From: an uncultured Deferribacteraceae bacterium
GTDB lineage: Bacteria > Chrysiogenota > Deferribacteres > Deferribacterales > Mucispirillaceae
DNA length: 64,000 nt
Reading direction: 5' to 3'
Assembly (NCBI GenBank): GCA_947039395.1
Contig: CAMQYS010000007.1
Span: 971-64,970, forward strand
In this document: one piece after another, positions 40,442 to 51,751 of the stretch
How positions within the stretch are numbered: position 1 is the first letter of the stretch
Layout of the letters: each line of letters opens with the position of its first letter
Program-made: the position numbers and the translations under genes
Notes under the pieces: generated by a model
The model's database searches: none
Seen by the model: the letters and a program-made list of their open reading frames with translations, nothing else
What the model was told of the DNA's origin: nothing

Positions 40442-42263
40442 AGCCTAATTCCTTCATTTTCTTAACGATCTGTCCACCAAGAGGAGCTGATGTTTTACCA
40501 CCTGAACCCCCATTCTCCACCATAACAACAATAACATATCTAGGAGAGTCTGCTGGAAAAACAGCCGTAAACCATGAGTGATCTCGCCATAACTCTGGTA
40601 TCTCATCTTCTTTCATACCCTCTATGCGTTTTAGAGATACTACCTGTGCTGTACTTGTTTTACCTGCTATATCTTTAGTTCTATAACTAATAGCTGCTCT
40701 TCTTGAAGTACCACCCGATTTATATACAGAGTCTAATAACCCTGCTGTAATTATTTTAATAAATTTATCTGGAATCTCTATAGAGTCTATCTCTTGAGGA
40801 GTTAAAAACATTGTTTTGTTATCAATATTTGATACTATTTTTTCAACGACTCTTGGTTTATAAACTTTACCACCATTAAAAATACTTCCCATCATAACAG
40901 CTACTTGCATAGGAGTAGTTATTGTATACCCTTGACCTATAGATGTAATTATCGTTTCACCTGGAAACCATACTTCATTTTTTCTCTTTTTCTTCCACTC
41001 TCTAGATGGGAAAAAACCTTGTTTTTCATTTGGTAAATCAATACCCGTTATCCTACCTAATGAAAATATATTAGAGTATTTCTGTATAATATCAATATCT
41101 AACAGTCTACCTAAATTATAGAAATATACATCACATGAAACAGCTAATGCTCTTTGTAGATCAATCTCACCATGTCCGCTACGCTTCCAACAATGGTAAT
41201 TAAAGTTTCTGTTTAATATATAATTACCAGTGCATTTAAATTTAGTATCTTCTGTTATAACCCCTTCCATTAATCCAGTTAATGCCATTAAAACTTTATA
41301 TATCGATCCAGGAGGATACGCTCCTGCAATTGCTCTATTTAAAAGTGGTTTATCTGGATTAGTTAATAGATTGTTCCAATCAGCTTTAAGAATATAGGGA
41401 GAGAAAAATCGTAGATCATACGATGGAGATGAAACTAATGATAATACAGAAAAATCATTCACGTCCATCACTACTACAGAAGCTCTTTTACCAACGATAC
41501 TATCTGCAATAAATTTCTGTAGTTCATAATCAATTGTTAAATATAAGTTACTACCAGGTATCGGATCTTTAGTTACTAAAATATCTGTGAGACGTCCAAA
41601 ACTATCCACTTGAACCTGTCTTGCGCCATCAAAACCTCTTAAATTATCCTCGTATAATTTCTCAATACCATTTTTACCGATCGTTTCGCCGTATCTTGCT
41701 TTATTATTACTATCAATATCTATATCTTCGTTTGTTACCTCACCTAGATAACCGATCAATTGAGATAAAGATACTCCATCGTAATACTCTCTCATAGATC
41801 TTAAATCTATACTTAGTCCGATAAAATCTGCCGAATGTTCTAAGAAATACGCTGTCTGTTCAAATGTTAAACCTCTACTGATAACTGTTGGCTGATAAAA
41901 ATAACTCTTACGTATAATCTCTTTTGTGTTTTCAACATCAAGATATACCTGCTTACTTATATTGTCTAACAAACTATCAAGATCAACAACATCCTCTTTA
42001 GTGATAACTAATTCGTAAGTTGGAGCATTTTTCACTAATATCTTTCCGTTTCTATCAAGTATAAAGCCTCTTTCTGCCAATATTTTAGAAATACGTATTC
42101 TATTTGTGTCTGATAACTCAAGAAATGAACTGTAACCTATAACTTGTAAATAAAATAACCTAGCAAGTAAGCCTACAAAAACTATAAAAATTACAATTAT
42201 TGATAAAGATATTTTTCTTTGAAAGTAATGTGATAACTCTTCTTTTACGGCTCTAAACGACAT
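40425..42263 (-). CDS. mrdA: penicillin-binding protein 2
   Basis: PBP dimerisation plus transpeptidase domains. PGSIYK (SxxK), SCDVYF, GKTSTAQ. Confidence 0.92.
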   Translation of the reverse strand: MSFRAVKEELSHYFQRKISLSIIVIFIVFVGLLARLFYLQVIGYSSFLELSDTNRIRISKILAERGFILDRNGKILVKNAPTYELVITKEDVVDLDSLLDNISKQVYLDVENTKEIIRKSYFYQPTVISRGLTFEQTAYFLEHSADFIGLSIDLRSMREYYDGVSLSQLIGYLGEVTNEDIDIDSNNKARYGETIGKNGIEKLYEDNLRGFDGARQVQVDSFGRLTDILVTKDPIPGSNLYLTIDYELQKFIADSIVGKRASVVVMDVNDFSVLSLVSSPSYDLRFFSPYILKADWNNLLTNPDKPLLNRAIAGAYPPGSIYKVLMALTGLMEGVITEDTKFKCTGNYILNRNFNYHCWKRSGHGEIDLQRALAVSCDVYFYNLGRLLDIDIIQKYSNIFSLGRITGIDLPNEKQGFFPSREWKKKRKNEVWFPGETIITSIGQGYTITTPMQVAVMMGSIFNGGKVYKPRVVEKIVSNIDNKTMFLTPQEIDSIEIPDKFIKIITAGLLDSVYKSGGTSRRAAISYRTKDIAGKTSTAQVVSLKRIEGMKEDEIPELWRDHSWFTAVFPADSPRYVIVVMVENGGSGGKTSAPLGGQIVKKMKELGYVKKN

Positions 42264-42732
42264 CCATTAACTCCGCAATATAATATATAATGAGATAAAT
42301 AATAAAATCTCTCATAATAAATGTAACAAGAACTAAAATATAATCATTTGATACAAGCCCCATCGCAAATATATTGTAAGCATTGAAAATAAATAACGCA
42401 CCTAACGCCCTAACGATCTTCAACAATATACTATTTGCAGATATAAGAATATCAAACCTAAACTTTATTAAACTTAGAAAAACAAAAAATAAGATATTAA
42501 TCCCTATCATAGAGTCAATAAGGAAATCATAGAAAAGTCCAAAAATTAGAGAATACTGTACTATCGTATCTTCATTTATCTTATCCATATAAAATAGATA
42601 CAGTACCATTATATAGTTAACTCTACTAATCGATGCAAATGTTGTATATGAAACAACATAACAAAGTGAAAGCAGAATTACTAGTGATATATAATCATTC
42701 TTTAAAATCTTTAATGATGAAAACGTTTTCAA
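42253..42732 (-). CDS. mreD: rod-shape-determining protein MreD
   Basis: Small polytopic membrane protein between mreC and mrdA. Only a TTG start is available (38-nt overlap with mreC). Confidence 0.75.
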   Translation of the reverse strand: MKTFSSLKILKNDYISLVILLSLCYVVSYTTFASISRVNYIMVLYLFYMDKINEDTIVQYSLIFGLFYDFLIDSMIGINILFFVFLSLIKFRFDILISANSILLKIVRALGALFIFNAYNIFAMGLVSNDYILVLVTFIMRDFIIYLIIYYIAELMDVV

Positions 42733-43492
42733 GTTTATAAAAGTCCTCGAACTGTTTTATAGTTACTTTTTTAAATAGACCCTTATTGCTGATCTCTATC
42801 TCCGATACCTGACCGATCGGTATACCTTTTGGAAAAAGCTTTCCAAGCCCTGATGTTATAAAGTTATCACCGATAGAAACATTATCTAATCTATCGTAAA
42901 AATCTACCCAAACTCCTCCAGCACCATCTCCACGCACAATACCAAAAGCTCTAGTTTTACTGTTTATTACTGAAACATTAGACGATGCTGCAAGAATTAA
43001 TTCAACCTTACTACTTTTAAGGTATACATCAGTTACCTTGCCAACAAGACCATTAAAACCTATCACTGGATCGTTCTTGACTACACCATCAATACTGCCT
43101 CTATCAATTATAATACTTTTAAGAAATCCATCACCAATTCCTATCACATTTGCAGGAACAGTTGAGAAATCAAAAACTTTATTAAACTTTAAAAATGACT
43201 CAAGATGTTCGGTAACGATAAGACGCTCCCTAAGTAAGGAGTTCTCAAGATTGATTCTATCTAACTCTTTCTTCATCTCTTCATTTTCTTCTTGTACTCC
43301 AATTAAATGAACGTACGAATCCCATATAGATGATGTAAAAGATATAATATTTGATGTAAAATACACCAACGGATTTAACACATTACCTACTAAACCCTTA
43401 AATGGAGTAGATAACTCTTTATTTCTCGATTGGAGAATTATTAGAAGTAAACAGAAAAAGATAACAAAAACTATTCTTTGCCATTTAAACAT
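42695..43492 (-). CDS. mreC: rod-shape-determining protein MreC
   Basis: N-terminal TM helix, coiled coil (EENEEMKKELDRINLENSLLRERL), beta domains (GLVGKV, TSGLGKLFPKGIPIG). Confidence 0.88.
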   Translation of the reverse strand: MFKWQRIVFVIFFCLLLIILQSRNKELSTPFKGLVGNVLNPLVYFTSNIISFTSSIWDSYVHLIGVQEENEEMKKELDRINLENSLLRERLIVTEHLESFLKFNKVFDFSTVPANVIGIGDGFLKSIIIDRGSIDGVVKNDPVIGFNGLVGKVTDVYLKSSKVELILAASSNVSVINSKTRAFGIVRGDGAGGVWVDFYDRLDNVSIGDNFITSGLGKLFPKGIPIGQVSEIEISNKGLFKKVTIKQFEDFYKLENVFIIKDFKE

Positions 43493-43504
43493 TTATCAGC
43501 AAAC

Positions 43505-44530
43505 TTATTCAATCGTAACTTTTTTTAATAATTCATGATCATCTAAAACATAGCCTGTTCCTAGCACAACAGCTTTTAGTGGGTCATCAGATACGATTAT
43601 CGGTAATCCTGTTTCGTGAGATAAACGTTTATCAAGATTTTTAAGTAAAGCACCACCACCTGTTAAAACTATTCCTCTATCAACGATATCCGCAGAAAGC
43701 TCTGGCGGAGTTTTCTCTAACGCTAAACACACAGCTTCAACTATTTTTGCTATAGAATCTTTTAACGACTCTCTTACCTCTTCTTCAGAAATATTAATCG
43801 TTTTAGGGATACCTGTTACAATATCTCTACCCTTTATCTCAACAGATCCACCTTCACTCGTTGGAAAAGCTGAACCTAATCTTATCTTAAGATCCTCTGC
43901 AACACTATAACCTACCAATAAGTTATATTGACGTTTAATATAACTTACAATACTCTCATCCATTTCATCGCCACCAACTCTTACTGAGTTTGCATAAACT
44001 ATACCAGATAAAGAGATAATCGCAACTTCTGTCGTTCCACCACCGATATCTACAACCATATTTCCTGATGGCTCTTGAATAGGCAACCCCGCACCGATAG
44101 CTGCAGCCATAGGTTCTTCAATTAGAAAAACCTCCCTCGCACCTGCTTGAATTGCAGAATCTTTTACCGCACGTTTCTCAACTTGAGTTACACCTGATGG
44201 GATACAAATAACCATTCTTGGACGGACTAAAGTTTTACGGTTATGAACTTTTAAAATAAAATGCCTAAGCATCTTCTCTGTTATATCGTAATCTGCTATA
44301 ACACCATCTTTCATCGGACGAATTGCAATAATATTTGCTGGCGTTCTACCCAACATACTTTTTGCTTCTTGTCCAACAGCTATTATCGCACCAGTATCTC
44401 TGTTAATTGCCACAACAGACGGCTCGCTCGCAACGACCCCTTTACCTCTGACATATATCAACGTGTTCGCAGTACCTAAATCTACTGCTATATCACTTGA
44501 AAAGTAGTTATAAAAATGACTCAAAAACAT
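43505..44530 (-). CDS. mreB: rod-shape-determining protein MreB
   Basis: DIAVDLGTANTLIYVRGKG, EPMAAAIGAGL, DIGGGTTE. GGAGGGG SD before the ATG at 44530 (track start over-extended). Confidence 0.95.
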   Translation of the reverse strand: MFLSHFYNYFSSDIAVDLGTANTLIYVRGKGVVASEPSVVAINRDTGAIIAVGQEAKSMLGRTPANIIAIRPMKDGVIADYDITEKMLRHFILKVHNRKTLVRPRMVICIPSGVTQVEKRAVKDSAIQAGAREVFLIEEPMAAAIGAGLPIQEPSGNMVVDIGGGTTEVAIISLSGIVYANSVRVGGDEMDESIVSYIKRQYNLLVGYSVAEDLKIRLGSAFPTSEGGSVEIKGRDIVTGIPKTINISEEEVRESLKDSIAKIVEAVCLALEKTPPELSADIVDRGIVLTGGGALLKNLDKRLSHETGLPIIVSDDPLKAVVLGTGYVLDDHELLKKVTIE

Positions 44531-44594
44531 GATGCTGACCCCTCCGACATATCGACTAAAGCTAACATACTTATAAAATATTTGCAATACTTAA

Positions 44595-44710
44595 AATATT
44601 TATAATATCTAGAATTTCTGTAAGATACATAATATCTATAACATTTAGATTATTTGCACTATATAAACAAATTAAATTATATAACAATATTTATAATATC
44701 TAGAATTTCT
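44595..44710. repeat. two perfect 25-nt direct repeats 91 nt apart in the rpoD-mreB spacer
   Basis: aatatttataatatctagaatttct at 44595-44619 and 44686-44710. Confidence 0.9.
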
Positions 44711-44771
44711 AAACACTTAAACAATTTAATATATAACTTTAGATAAATCAAATTTCAATTATTTCAAAACT

Positions 44772-46595
44772 TTAATCTGTAAATGTTTCCATTATTTTTC
44801 TTCTTATCGGATGACGTAATTTACGTAAAGCTTTCGCCTCTATCTGTCGTATACGTTCTCGTGTAACATTAAACTTTTTACCAACTTCTTCTAAGGTATG
44901 ATCAGACTCGCAATTTATACCAAAACGAAGCCTTAATACTGATGCTTCTCGTGGGCTTAATGTATCTAACAATACATGAGTATGCTCTCTTAATTTAAGA
45001 TATATAACTTCATCTGACGGATTTCTTGATGATTTATCCTCAATAAAGTTACCTAAACTAGAATCTTCATCTTCACCGATTGGAGTCTCTAATGAAACAG
45101 GTTCTTTTGCTATCTTCATTACTTTTTTGATCTTCTCAACAGGAATATCCATCTGTTTAGATATCTCTTCAGGGGTAGGCTCTCTACCTAAATCTTGATG
45201 AAGGTTACGTGTAACTTTCATCATCTTATTAATGGTTTCTATCATGTGAACTGGAATACGAATTGTTCTTGCTTGATCTGCAATAGCTCTTGTTATAGCT
45301 TGACGTATCCACCATGTTGCATAAGTAGAAAATTTATATCCTCTTCTATACTCAAACTTCTCAACAGCCTTCATTAAGCCGATGTTACCTTCTTGAATAA
45401 GATCTAAGAACTGCAATCCTCTATTAGTGTACTTCTTAGCAATAGATACAACTAAACGTAAGTTTGCTTCAATCAATTTTGATTTAGCATGCTCTGTTGC
45501 TCGCTCTCCTTCTGCTAAGTTTGCATAGATCACTTCAAACTCTTCTCTATCAATTCCTATTGATTTATAAACTTTTTCACAGTTAGATGTAGCTGTTATA
45601 TATTTTTTAACTATTAATTCTGACTCTTTTATATCAAACTTCGCTTTTTTACATATAATAATTACTTCATCTTTTACTAGAAAGTCGTTTTTTTCATCAT
45701 ACTTATATCTAATTAAGTTACATATCTTTTTGATATCTGCTCTTGCAGAATTGATAAATGTATAGATAGACTTAATATCTTCAGCTATCTGACAAATCTT
45801 ATTAAAGTTTAATTTTATCTCTAATAATCTATCAGTTGCTTCATTTATATTAGCTTTAATAGACTCTTTTATAGATTCCACTTTTGTTGCAGACATACTT
45901 TTACGTGGTGTACGAATTTTTTTATTTAATGCAATATCTGATCTTAATTTTTTAGTAATATCTTCAATTGTCTCAATAAATTGCATCTTTAAAGCATGTT
46001 CTTTATTTAATTTATGCTCATTTTCAAGATCTTCATCAACTTCATCTACATCTTGCTTCATATCATCATCCATATAGGTTTCTTCTTCTATATCAATTAT
46101 GTCTTTTAGCTTTATCTCTTCATTTTTAACATCTTCGCCCATTTTCATGATCTTCTCTGCCGTTGTTGGAAAAGATAGTACAGAACAGATAACTTTACGC
46201 TGTCCTTCTTCTATATTCTTAGCAACGGTGATCTCTTCCTCTCTTGAAAGAAGTGGAATATTGCCCATCTCTTTAAGATACAATCTAACAGGATCATCTG
46301 TTGGAAGACCTTCGTCAATCTCATCACTACTATAACCTGTATCAATAGATAAATCTTCATCTACTGGCTCTTCATCAATTACAATAGCCGTAGCAAACAA
46401 CGTGTCTTTCTTTGACTTACTATCAATAACATCAATCTTTAACTGTGAAAGAAGAACTAATATCTCATCCATTAGATCTACTGATTGCATCTCAACTGGC
46501 AATCCTTCATTGATTTCATCAAAAGACAAAAACCCTTTCTCTTTACCTAAAGCTACTAACTGTTTTACTTCTGCACTTTTAATTTTTTTAGACAT
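44772..46595 (-). CDS. rpoD: primary RNA polymerase sigma factor
   Basis: [54 protein letters not shown]. Regions 1.1-4.2 with an acidic spacer. Confidence 0.96.
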   Translation of the reverse strand: MSKKIKSAEVKQLVALGKEKGFLSFDEINEGLPVEMQSVDLMDEILVLLSQLKIDVIDSKSKKDTLFATAIVIDEEPVDEDLSIDTGYSSDEIDEGLPTDDPVRLYLKEMGNIPLLSREEEITVAKNIEEGQRKVICSVLSFPTTAEKIMKMGEDVKNEEIKLKDIIDIEEETYMDDDMKQDVDEVDEDLENEHKLNKEHALKMQFIETIEDITKKLRSDIALNKKIRTPRKSMSATKVESIKESIKANINEATDRLLEIKLNFNKICQIAEDIKSIYTFINSARADIKKICNLIRYKYDEKNDFLVKDEVIIICKKAKFDIKESELIVKKYITATSNCEKVYKSIGIDREEFEVIYANLAEGERATEHAKSKLIEANLRLVVSIAKKYTNRGLQFLDLIQEGNIGLMKAVEKFEYRRGYKFSTYATWWIRQAITRAIADQARTIRIPVHMIETINKMMKVTRNLHQDLGREPTPEEISKQMDIPVEKIKKVMKIAKEPVSLETPIGEDEDSSLGNFIEDKSSRNPSDEVIYLKLREHTHVLLDTLSPREASVLRLRFGINCESDHTLEEVGKKFNVTRERIRQIEAKALRKLRHPIRRKIMETFTD

Positions 46596-46769
46596 ACTCG
46601 CCCCAAACTTATTTATATCAGTACCTAAAAATCAACATCTATTAGAATGCACTATACAGTACAAAAACTACTTACTCACCAACATCTACCATGCAGTACT
46701 ATGCTGGATTACCTAATGTTGTATAAAATTGCACTTATTATTAAACTATAATATCATACTAAAAATTAT

Positions 46770-48497
46770 CTACTCATCTATATCTACTATACCATGTTGA
46801 ACATTCTTACTCTTTATGTTATCGAAAACTTTTATCAACGACTCTATAATCTCATCTTCATTTTTACTTTTTCTACTATTATCTAACTCTAACGACATCT
46901 GATAATCTGAAATAATTCGTTCTTTATTCTCAACTGCAACTCGATAAAAATCATCACTTATCTTTCTTGCTTTTAAATCATAGAAAAAGTTATTATCGTC
47001 CATATTGCTTAATACTAAATCATCAATCACAAATATATTTGACAATTCCTTATTTATTAATGTAAAAAACGATCTACAATCTTCATCTTGAAACATATTA
47101 GCTTCAATATCTATAAATAATGAGTCAATAACATCTATATCTAAACCGATTACTGCTGCTAAAAAATCTCTCTCACAAAGACGAACAGCATTACTATTAC
47201 TATCCTTTTTCTTATCCTTACTACTACTTCTACTTGATGATATAGCGTTCTGATTTAATTCAAGTTCAACTATCTCACGCACTCTATCTTTATCAAAACC
47301 AAATATATCCGCAGCGTGAGCGATGTAATGATCTCTCATCAATAGATCATTTATTCCTAATAACATCTTATGTATCGACTTAAATCGTCTAGACTTCACA
47401 GAAAAATCATCTTTACATCCAAAAAATGCACGTTTTATCATATAGATAAAAAGATCTTCACGCTTTTCATACATAGAATTAAAGTGATCAACGCCCTTAT
47501 TTAGTATCATAGAGTCTGGATCATCTTCTTTATTCAATAAAACAATTTTTGGAGAAACTGATGCCGAAATAAATAATGGTAACGATTTTTGTGCTGCCTT
47601 TAAACCTGCCTCATCTCCATCAAATATAACTACAACATCATCTGCATAACGCTTTACTAACGCTACCTGATTTTTTGTAAGTGCCGTACCCATCGGTGCT
47701 ACAACATTCCTATGTCCTGATAAATATAAACGCATAACATCAAAATAGCCTTCAACTAATATAGCAGTTTTACTACTTCTAATACTATCCTTCGCTTTAT
47801 CAATATTAAACAGTAACTCTCCCTTATGGAAAACTTCACTATCTGCTGAATTCAAATATTTAGGTTCAGCTCCATCTATTGAACGTCCTGCAAATGCTGA
47901 TATCGAACCTGTTACCGACCTTATAGGAAGAGATAATCTATTAAAAAATCTACTGTTAATATATTTACCATCTTTACTCTCTTTAAAGAAACCTGATGCT
48001 AATAATATCTCTTTCTCATACTTTTTAAAAATAGATGCAAAATTAAACCTAGGAGGAATATATCCTACTCCAAATAATTCTAAAGCAGACTCATTGAACG
48101 ATCTGTTTAAAATATAGTTTTTTGCATCAAGCCCACTCTCTTCATAAAGACTTGCTCTAAACCCTAACTGAAGATCGTTATGTAATGATAATATATCCTT
48201 TGTTGATTCAAAACCTTTACTATCATAAGATATATCAATATTATACTTCTCTGCTATAAAAAGAAGTGCATCCAAATATGCAAATCCTAAATATCTCATA
48301 ATAAAGGTTATTCCATCACCTTTAGCATCGCATCCAAAACATTTATAAAATCCACGATCTGGATCAACTTTAAATGATGGAGATTTTTCGCCATGAAATG
48401 GACATAGTCCCCAATAATCTCTACTACCACCCTTAGGTGCTAACTCAACATAATCACCGACAACTTTTAACACACCGATAGAGCGTATCTCACTCAT
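46770..48497 (-). CDS. dnaG: DNA primase
   Basis: Zinc finger CPFHGEKSPSFKV...CFGC. TOPRIM EGYFDV / DGDEAG. Confidence 0.93.
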   Translation of the reverse strand: MSEIRSIGVLKVVGDYVELAPKGGSRDYWGLCPFHGEKSPSFKVDPDRGFYKCFGCDAKGDGITFIMRYLGFAYLDALLFIAEKYNIDISYDSKGFESTKDILSLHNDLQLGFRASLYEESGLDAKNYILNRSFNESALELFGVGYIPPRFNFASIFKKYEKEILLASGFFKESKDGKYINSRFFNRLSLPIRSVTGSISAFAGRSIDGAEPKYLNSADSEVFHKGELLFNIDKAKDSIRSSKTAILVEGYFDVMRLYLSGHRNVVAPMGTALTKNQVALVKRYADDVVVIFDGDEAGLKAAQKSLPLFISASVSPKIVLLNKEDDPDSMILNKGVDHFNSMYEKREDLFIYMIKRAFFGCKDDFSVKSRRFKSIHKMLLGINDLLMRDHYIAHAADIFGFDKDRVREIVELELNQNAISSSRSSSKDKKKDSNSNAVRLCERDFLAAVIGLDIDVIDSLFIDIEANMFQDEDCRSFFTLINKELSNIFVIDDLVLSNMDDNNFFYDLKARKISDDFYRVAVENKERIISDYQMSLELDNSRKSKNEDEIIESLIKVFDNIKSKNVQHGIVDIDE

Positions 48498-48810
48498 ACT
48501 GTGTTCTGATATCTTATCTATAGTCGTAACCTACTTATTTAAGTGATAAATCAATCTATTATCCTATAACAATATATATCGCTTGTCAATATTCACAAGT
48601 AACAATTGTATAGCTTATTAAATAATTATTAGCTATAATATCTTGACATAGACCAAATTAAGCTACATTTAGAAAAATTATATATTATATTATACAGTTA
48701 AATAGTACTCGTAATAGCAGGGCAAATCTATTTATACGTTAAATAATACAATTAAATAGAATACTTACAATACAACAAAATATGAGGATATTGACATATT
48801 ACTTAAACGC

Positions 48811-49749
48811 ATGATTTTCTTTGCACTTCTCACTATAATATTAACAACTATATTTGCGCTCATATTTATGGATACTAAGTCTCCCTTTATAAATATTGAT
48901 AATATCTCGAAAAATTTCAACCCAAATAACCATGAAACATATAATCTAATAATAAAAAATGATAACTGGATTGTCAAAACTGCAATAGATGATATCGCAA
49001 ATAACTGTAATAATGATCTAGTTTGCGTAATATTTAATATAAATGATTTTCTTCAAACCGATATACTACTTGATAATAAACTTAAAACTACCTACTCCCC
49101 TGAAAGAACATTAAAAGCAAAAACAGCTGATAGCATAGATAAAAATCTATTAGCATCAAATCTATTAGCATCATTAGGAGTTGAGTCGTATCTTATATTT
49201 CTTAGAAAAAAAGATATACCGATACCTGTATTTTGTAATTTTGATACGATAGATATATATTCAAGGTTGAAAAAAAGAGCTGAAAAAAATCTTTTAGTGG
49301 AAAAAAAGGCAACATTAAGAAAAAATCAAACTTGGGCTGTTGATACTGGTGAAAACGCAGAATATCAAACTATTGTTGCTAATATAAATATAACAGCTAC
49401 ACAAAAAATAGATATGAGACTATTTCATAGTAGATATGAATTAGATAGATATGTAAATAACTTTAACGCAGTCTTCACCTCTGACTGTTACGCCGATGGA
49501 GTGAACTCTATTAACCAAAACTGTATTATCGCTAAAGGAGCTATACTTGCATTTTTCTCTAAGGGTGACAATAACATATTTAACGCTAAAATCAGCAAGG
49601 CTGGAACATTATTAAGCGATGTTCACCCTGTATATATTAATCATAAAACCTGCTTCGTACTTGATGCATCTGTTACTGACAATAACATCTATCCCGGATA
49701 TCTTAAAATAAATGAGAAAGATGTTAAAAGCATAATTAAAATAGATTAA
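48811..49749 (+). CDS. hypothetical membrane-anchored protein
   Basis: N-terminal TM helix (IFFALLTIILTTIFALIF). No confident family. Confidence 0.55.
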   Translation: MIFFALLTIILTTIFALIFMDTKSPFINIDNISKNFNPNNHETYNLIIKNDNWIVKTAIDDIANNCNNDLVCVIFNINDFLQTDILLDNKLKTTYSPERTLKAKTADSIDKNLLASNLLASLGVESYLIFLRKKDIPIPVFCNFDTIDIYSRLKKRAEKNLLVEKKATLRKNQTWAVDTGENAEYQTIVANINITATQKIDMRLFHSRYELDRYVNNFNAVFTSDCYADGVNSINQNCIIAKGAILAFFSKGDNNIFNAKISKAGTLLSDVHPVYINHKTCFVLDASVTDNNIYPGYLKINEKDVKSIIKID

Positions 49750-49789
49750 TCTAAATATAGATATAAAACTATTAATGAAAAACAATATG

Positions 49790-50476
49790 TTATAATCTAT
49801 TCCTACTTTCTGAAGTTGATTGAAGAAACGAATAGTAACTTTCACTTGTTATAATCAGATGATCAACAAGTTCAATCTCAACAGTGCTTAAACCGTGTGC
49901 GATTCTTTCTGTTAGTAACATATCTTCCTTAGATGGAGCTAATGTGCCTGATGGATGATTATGAGCTATTATAACTTTAGATGCCTCTGCATTCATAGCG
50001 TTTTTAACAACTTCTCTCACAAATACTTGTACCTTATCTACCGTTCCCTTAGATAATGTATCTATATTTTTAACTCCAAATTTCAGATCAAGCGATATTA
50101 CAATAAACATCTCCTTACTCTCCAAACCGATCTTCTTCTGCAAATATGAACATATCTTTTGTGGAGTATCAACAATCATCTTAATCGTAGCACTATGTTC
50201 TATCCTAATATTAAACTCATGGATTAGCTTAAAGAAAACCTCCGTCTCGTTACCTACTCCCTCAATATGCTTCAAACTACTGCTAAATATATTTTTAAGT
50301 GGTATAACATTATTTATCATATCCTTCGCCATAGGCTTTACATCTTTATATTTTATCACATAACAAAGCAGTAACTCTAAAATCTCATAATCTTGAAGCG
50401 ATTCAGGAGATTCTTGAAATCTCTTTTTAAGCCTTGATCTATGACCTAAATAATGCTTCTTTATATCAGAAGACAT
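49790..50476 (-). CDS. radC: RadC-family JAB/MPN domain protein
   Basis: LGHRSRLKKRF...ELLELLL N-terminus and the HNHPSG JAMM motif. Confidence 0.88.
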   Translation of the reverse strand: MSSDIKKHYLGHRSRLKKRFQESPESLQDYEILELLLCYVIKYKDVKPMAKDMINNVIPLKNIFSSSLKHIEGVGNETEVFFKLIHEFNIRIEHSATIKMIVDTPQKICSYLQKKIGLESKEMFIVISLDLKFGVKNIDTLSKGTVDKVQVFVREVVKNAMNAEASKVIIAHNHPSGTLAPSKEDMLLTERIAHGLSTVEIELVDHLIITSESYYSFLQSTSESRNRL

Positions 50477-50794
50477 CTTATTTCACCTCTCATAAAATCA
50501 TATACTATATCAAATATTATTTTAAGCATATAGTCTTATATATCAATAATCAGTTTTACTCAATAGCATTCTTAATAACTACTATAAATACTATAAAACA
50601 TTATAAAGCATAGTAACTACATATATATAGCTTTAACTATATAATAACACCCACTTTTCTAATAAATATTTCTAATAGTTTATATAAGCTTAATAAAACT
50701 ATATCTAGTATATATTTAATAAAATAGTTTCTTATGTATCAATAATTAACTTTATTTAACACGTAAATATAAGACTTGAAATTATTGTTATAAA

Positions 50795-51748
50795 ATGGTA
50801 GTGTATCAAACTATGTTTGATTATAAATGCGTATACAAGAGTATAATTTTGATGACAATTTTTGTGTTTATAATAAGTTGTAATACAAACAGCACTGCAA
50901 CAAAAAAACACAAAATAGCTGTAACTAATGATATAACAAAATCTATCGTTGTTAATATCGGTGGCGATTTTATAGATATCGCATCGACTATAGCTTCAGG
51001 ATACGATCCACATACTTATAAAACAAATGAAAATGATATTATAAGAATTGCAGGTTCATCTATCTTCTTCTACAATGGAAGTTTTCTTGAAGGGCAATTA
51101 GCCGAACTGCTTTATAACGGAAAGACAGCAGGATACCTAATATCCACTATGAATTCTATGGAAAATAAAGATCTTATAACATCTAACTATAAAAAAACTA
51201 CATATGATCCCCATTTTTGGCATGACATAAACTTATACATAATTGCAGTAAATCATATTACTAACAACATGATCGCTAAAGCACCGATTAATGAAAGGCT
51301 TTACGCTAAAAATGAAGATATATATATAACTAAATTAACAAAATTAACAAAAGATATCGATGCACTATATAATAGTATACCTATCCAGAAAAGAAAGCTT
51401 GCAACTATTCATAAAGGTTTTGAGTATTTAGCTAAGCAATACAACTTTCAAACACTATCTCTTCAAGATGTTACAACTGCTGATCTAGTTACTAGTGAGA
51501 GTATATTAAATTTTATAAATACTGTTAATGATAAAGAAATTAAATATATATTTATAGAAAATACAACAAGTGTTGAAATAAAAGAGAAACTACAAGATGT
51601 TATTGATCGACTAAGTTTCGATATTGAACTTATTGAGTCGATCTACTCTGATACACTTATAATAGATAAATACGATAACCCAGATTATAACGCTACTATG
51701 CTTCATAATGCAAATATGATAAGTAGCACATTAAACACAGTGGAATAA
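50795..51748 (+). CDS. metal (Zn/Mn/Fe) ABC transporter substrate-binding lipoprotein, TroA/ZnuA cluster
   Basis: Lipobox FIISC. DPHTYK and DPHFWHD motifs. Start ambiguous (50795 or 50813). Confidence 0.85.
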   Translation: MVVYQTMFDYKCVYKSIILMTIFVFIISCNTNSTATKKHKIAVTNDITKSIVVNIGGDFIDIASTIASGYDPHTYKTNENDIIRIAGSSIFFYNGSFLEGQLAELLYNGKTAGYLISTMNSMENKDLITSNYKKTTYDPHFWHDINLYIIAVNHITNNMIAKAPINERLYAKNEDIYITKLTKLTKDIDALYNSIPIQKRKLATIHKGFEYLAKQYNFQTLSLQDVTTADLVTSESILNFINTVNDKEIKYIFIENTTSVEIKEKLQDVIDRLSFDIELIESIYSDTLIIDKYDNPDYNATMLHNANMISSTLNTVE

Positions 51749-51751
51749 TAA

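Noticed and set aside
48582-48599. An 18-bp near-palindrome, cttgtcaatattcacaag, in the dnaG/hypothetical divergent promoter region.
   Set aside because: It has two mismatches and matches no operator consensus I recognise. Such imperfect palindromes are expected in AT-rich intergenic DNA.
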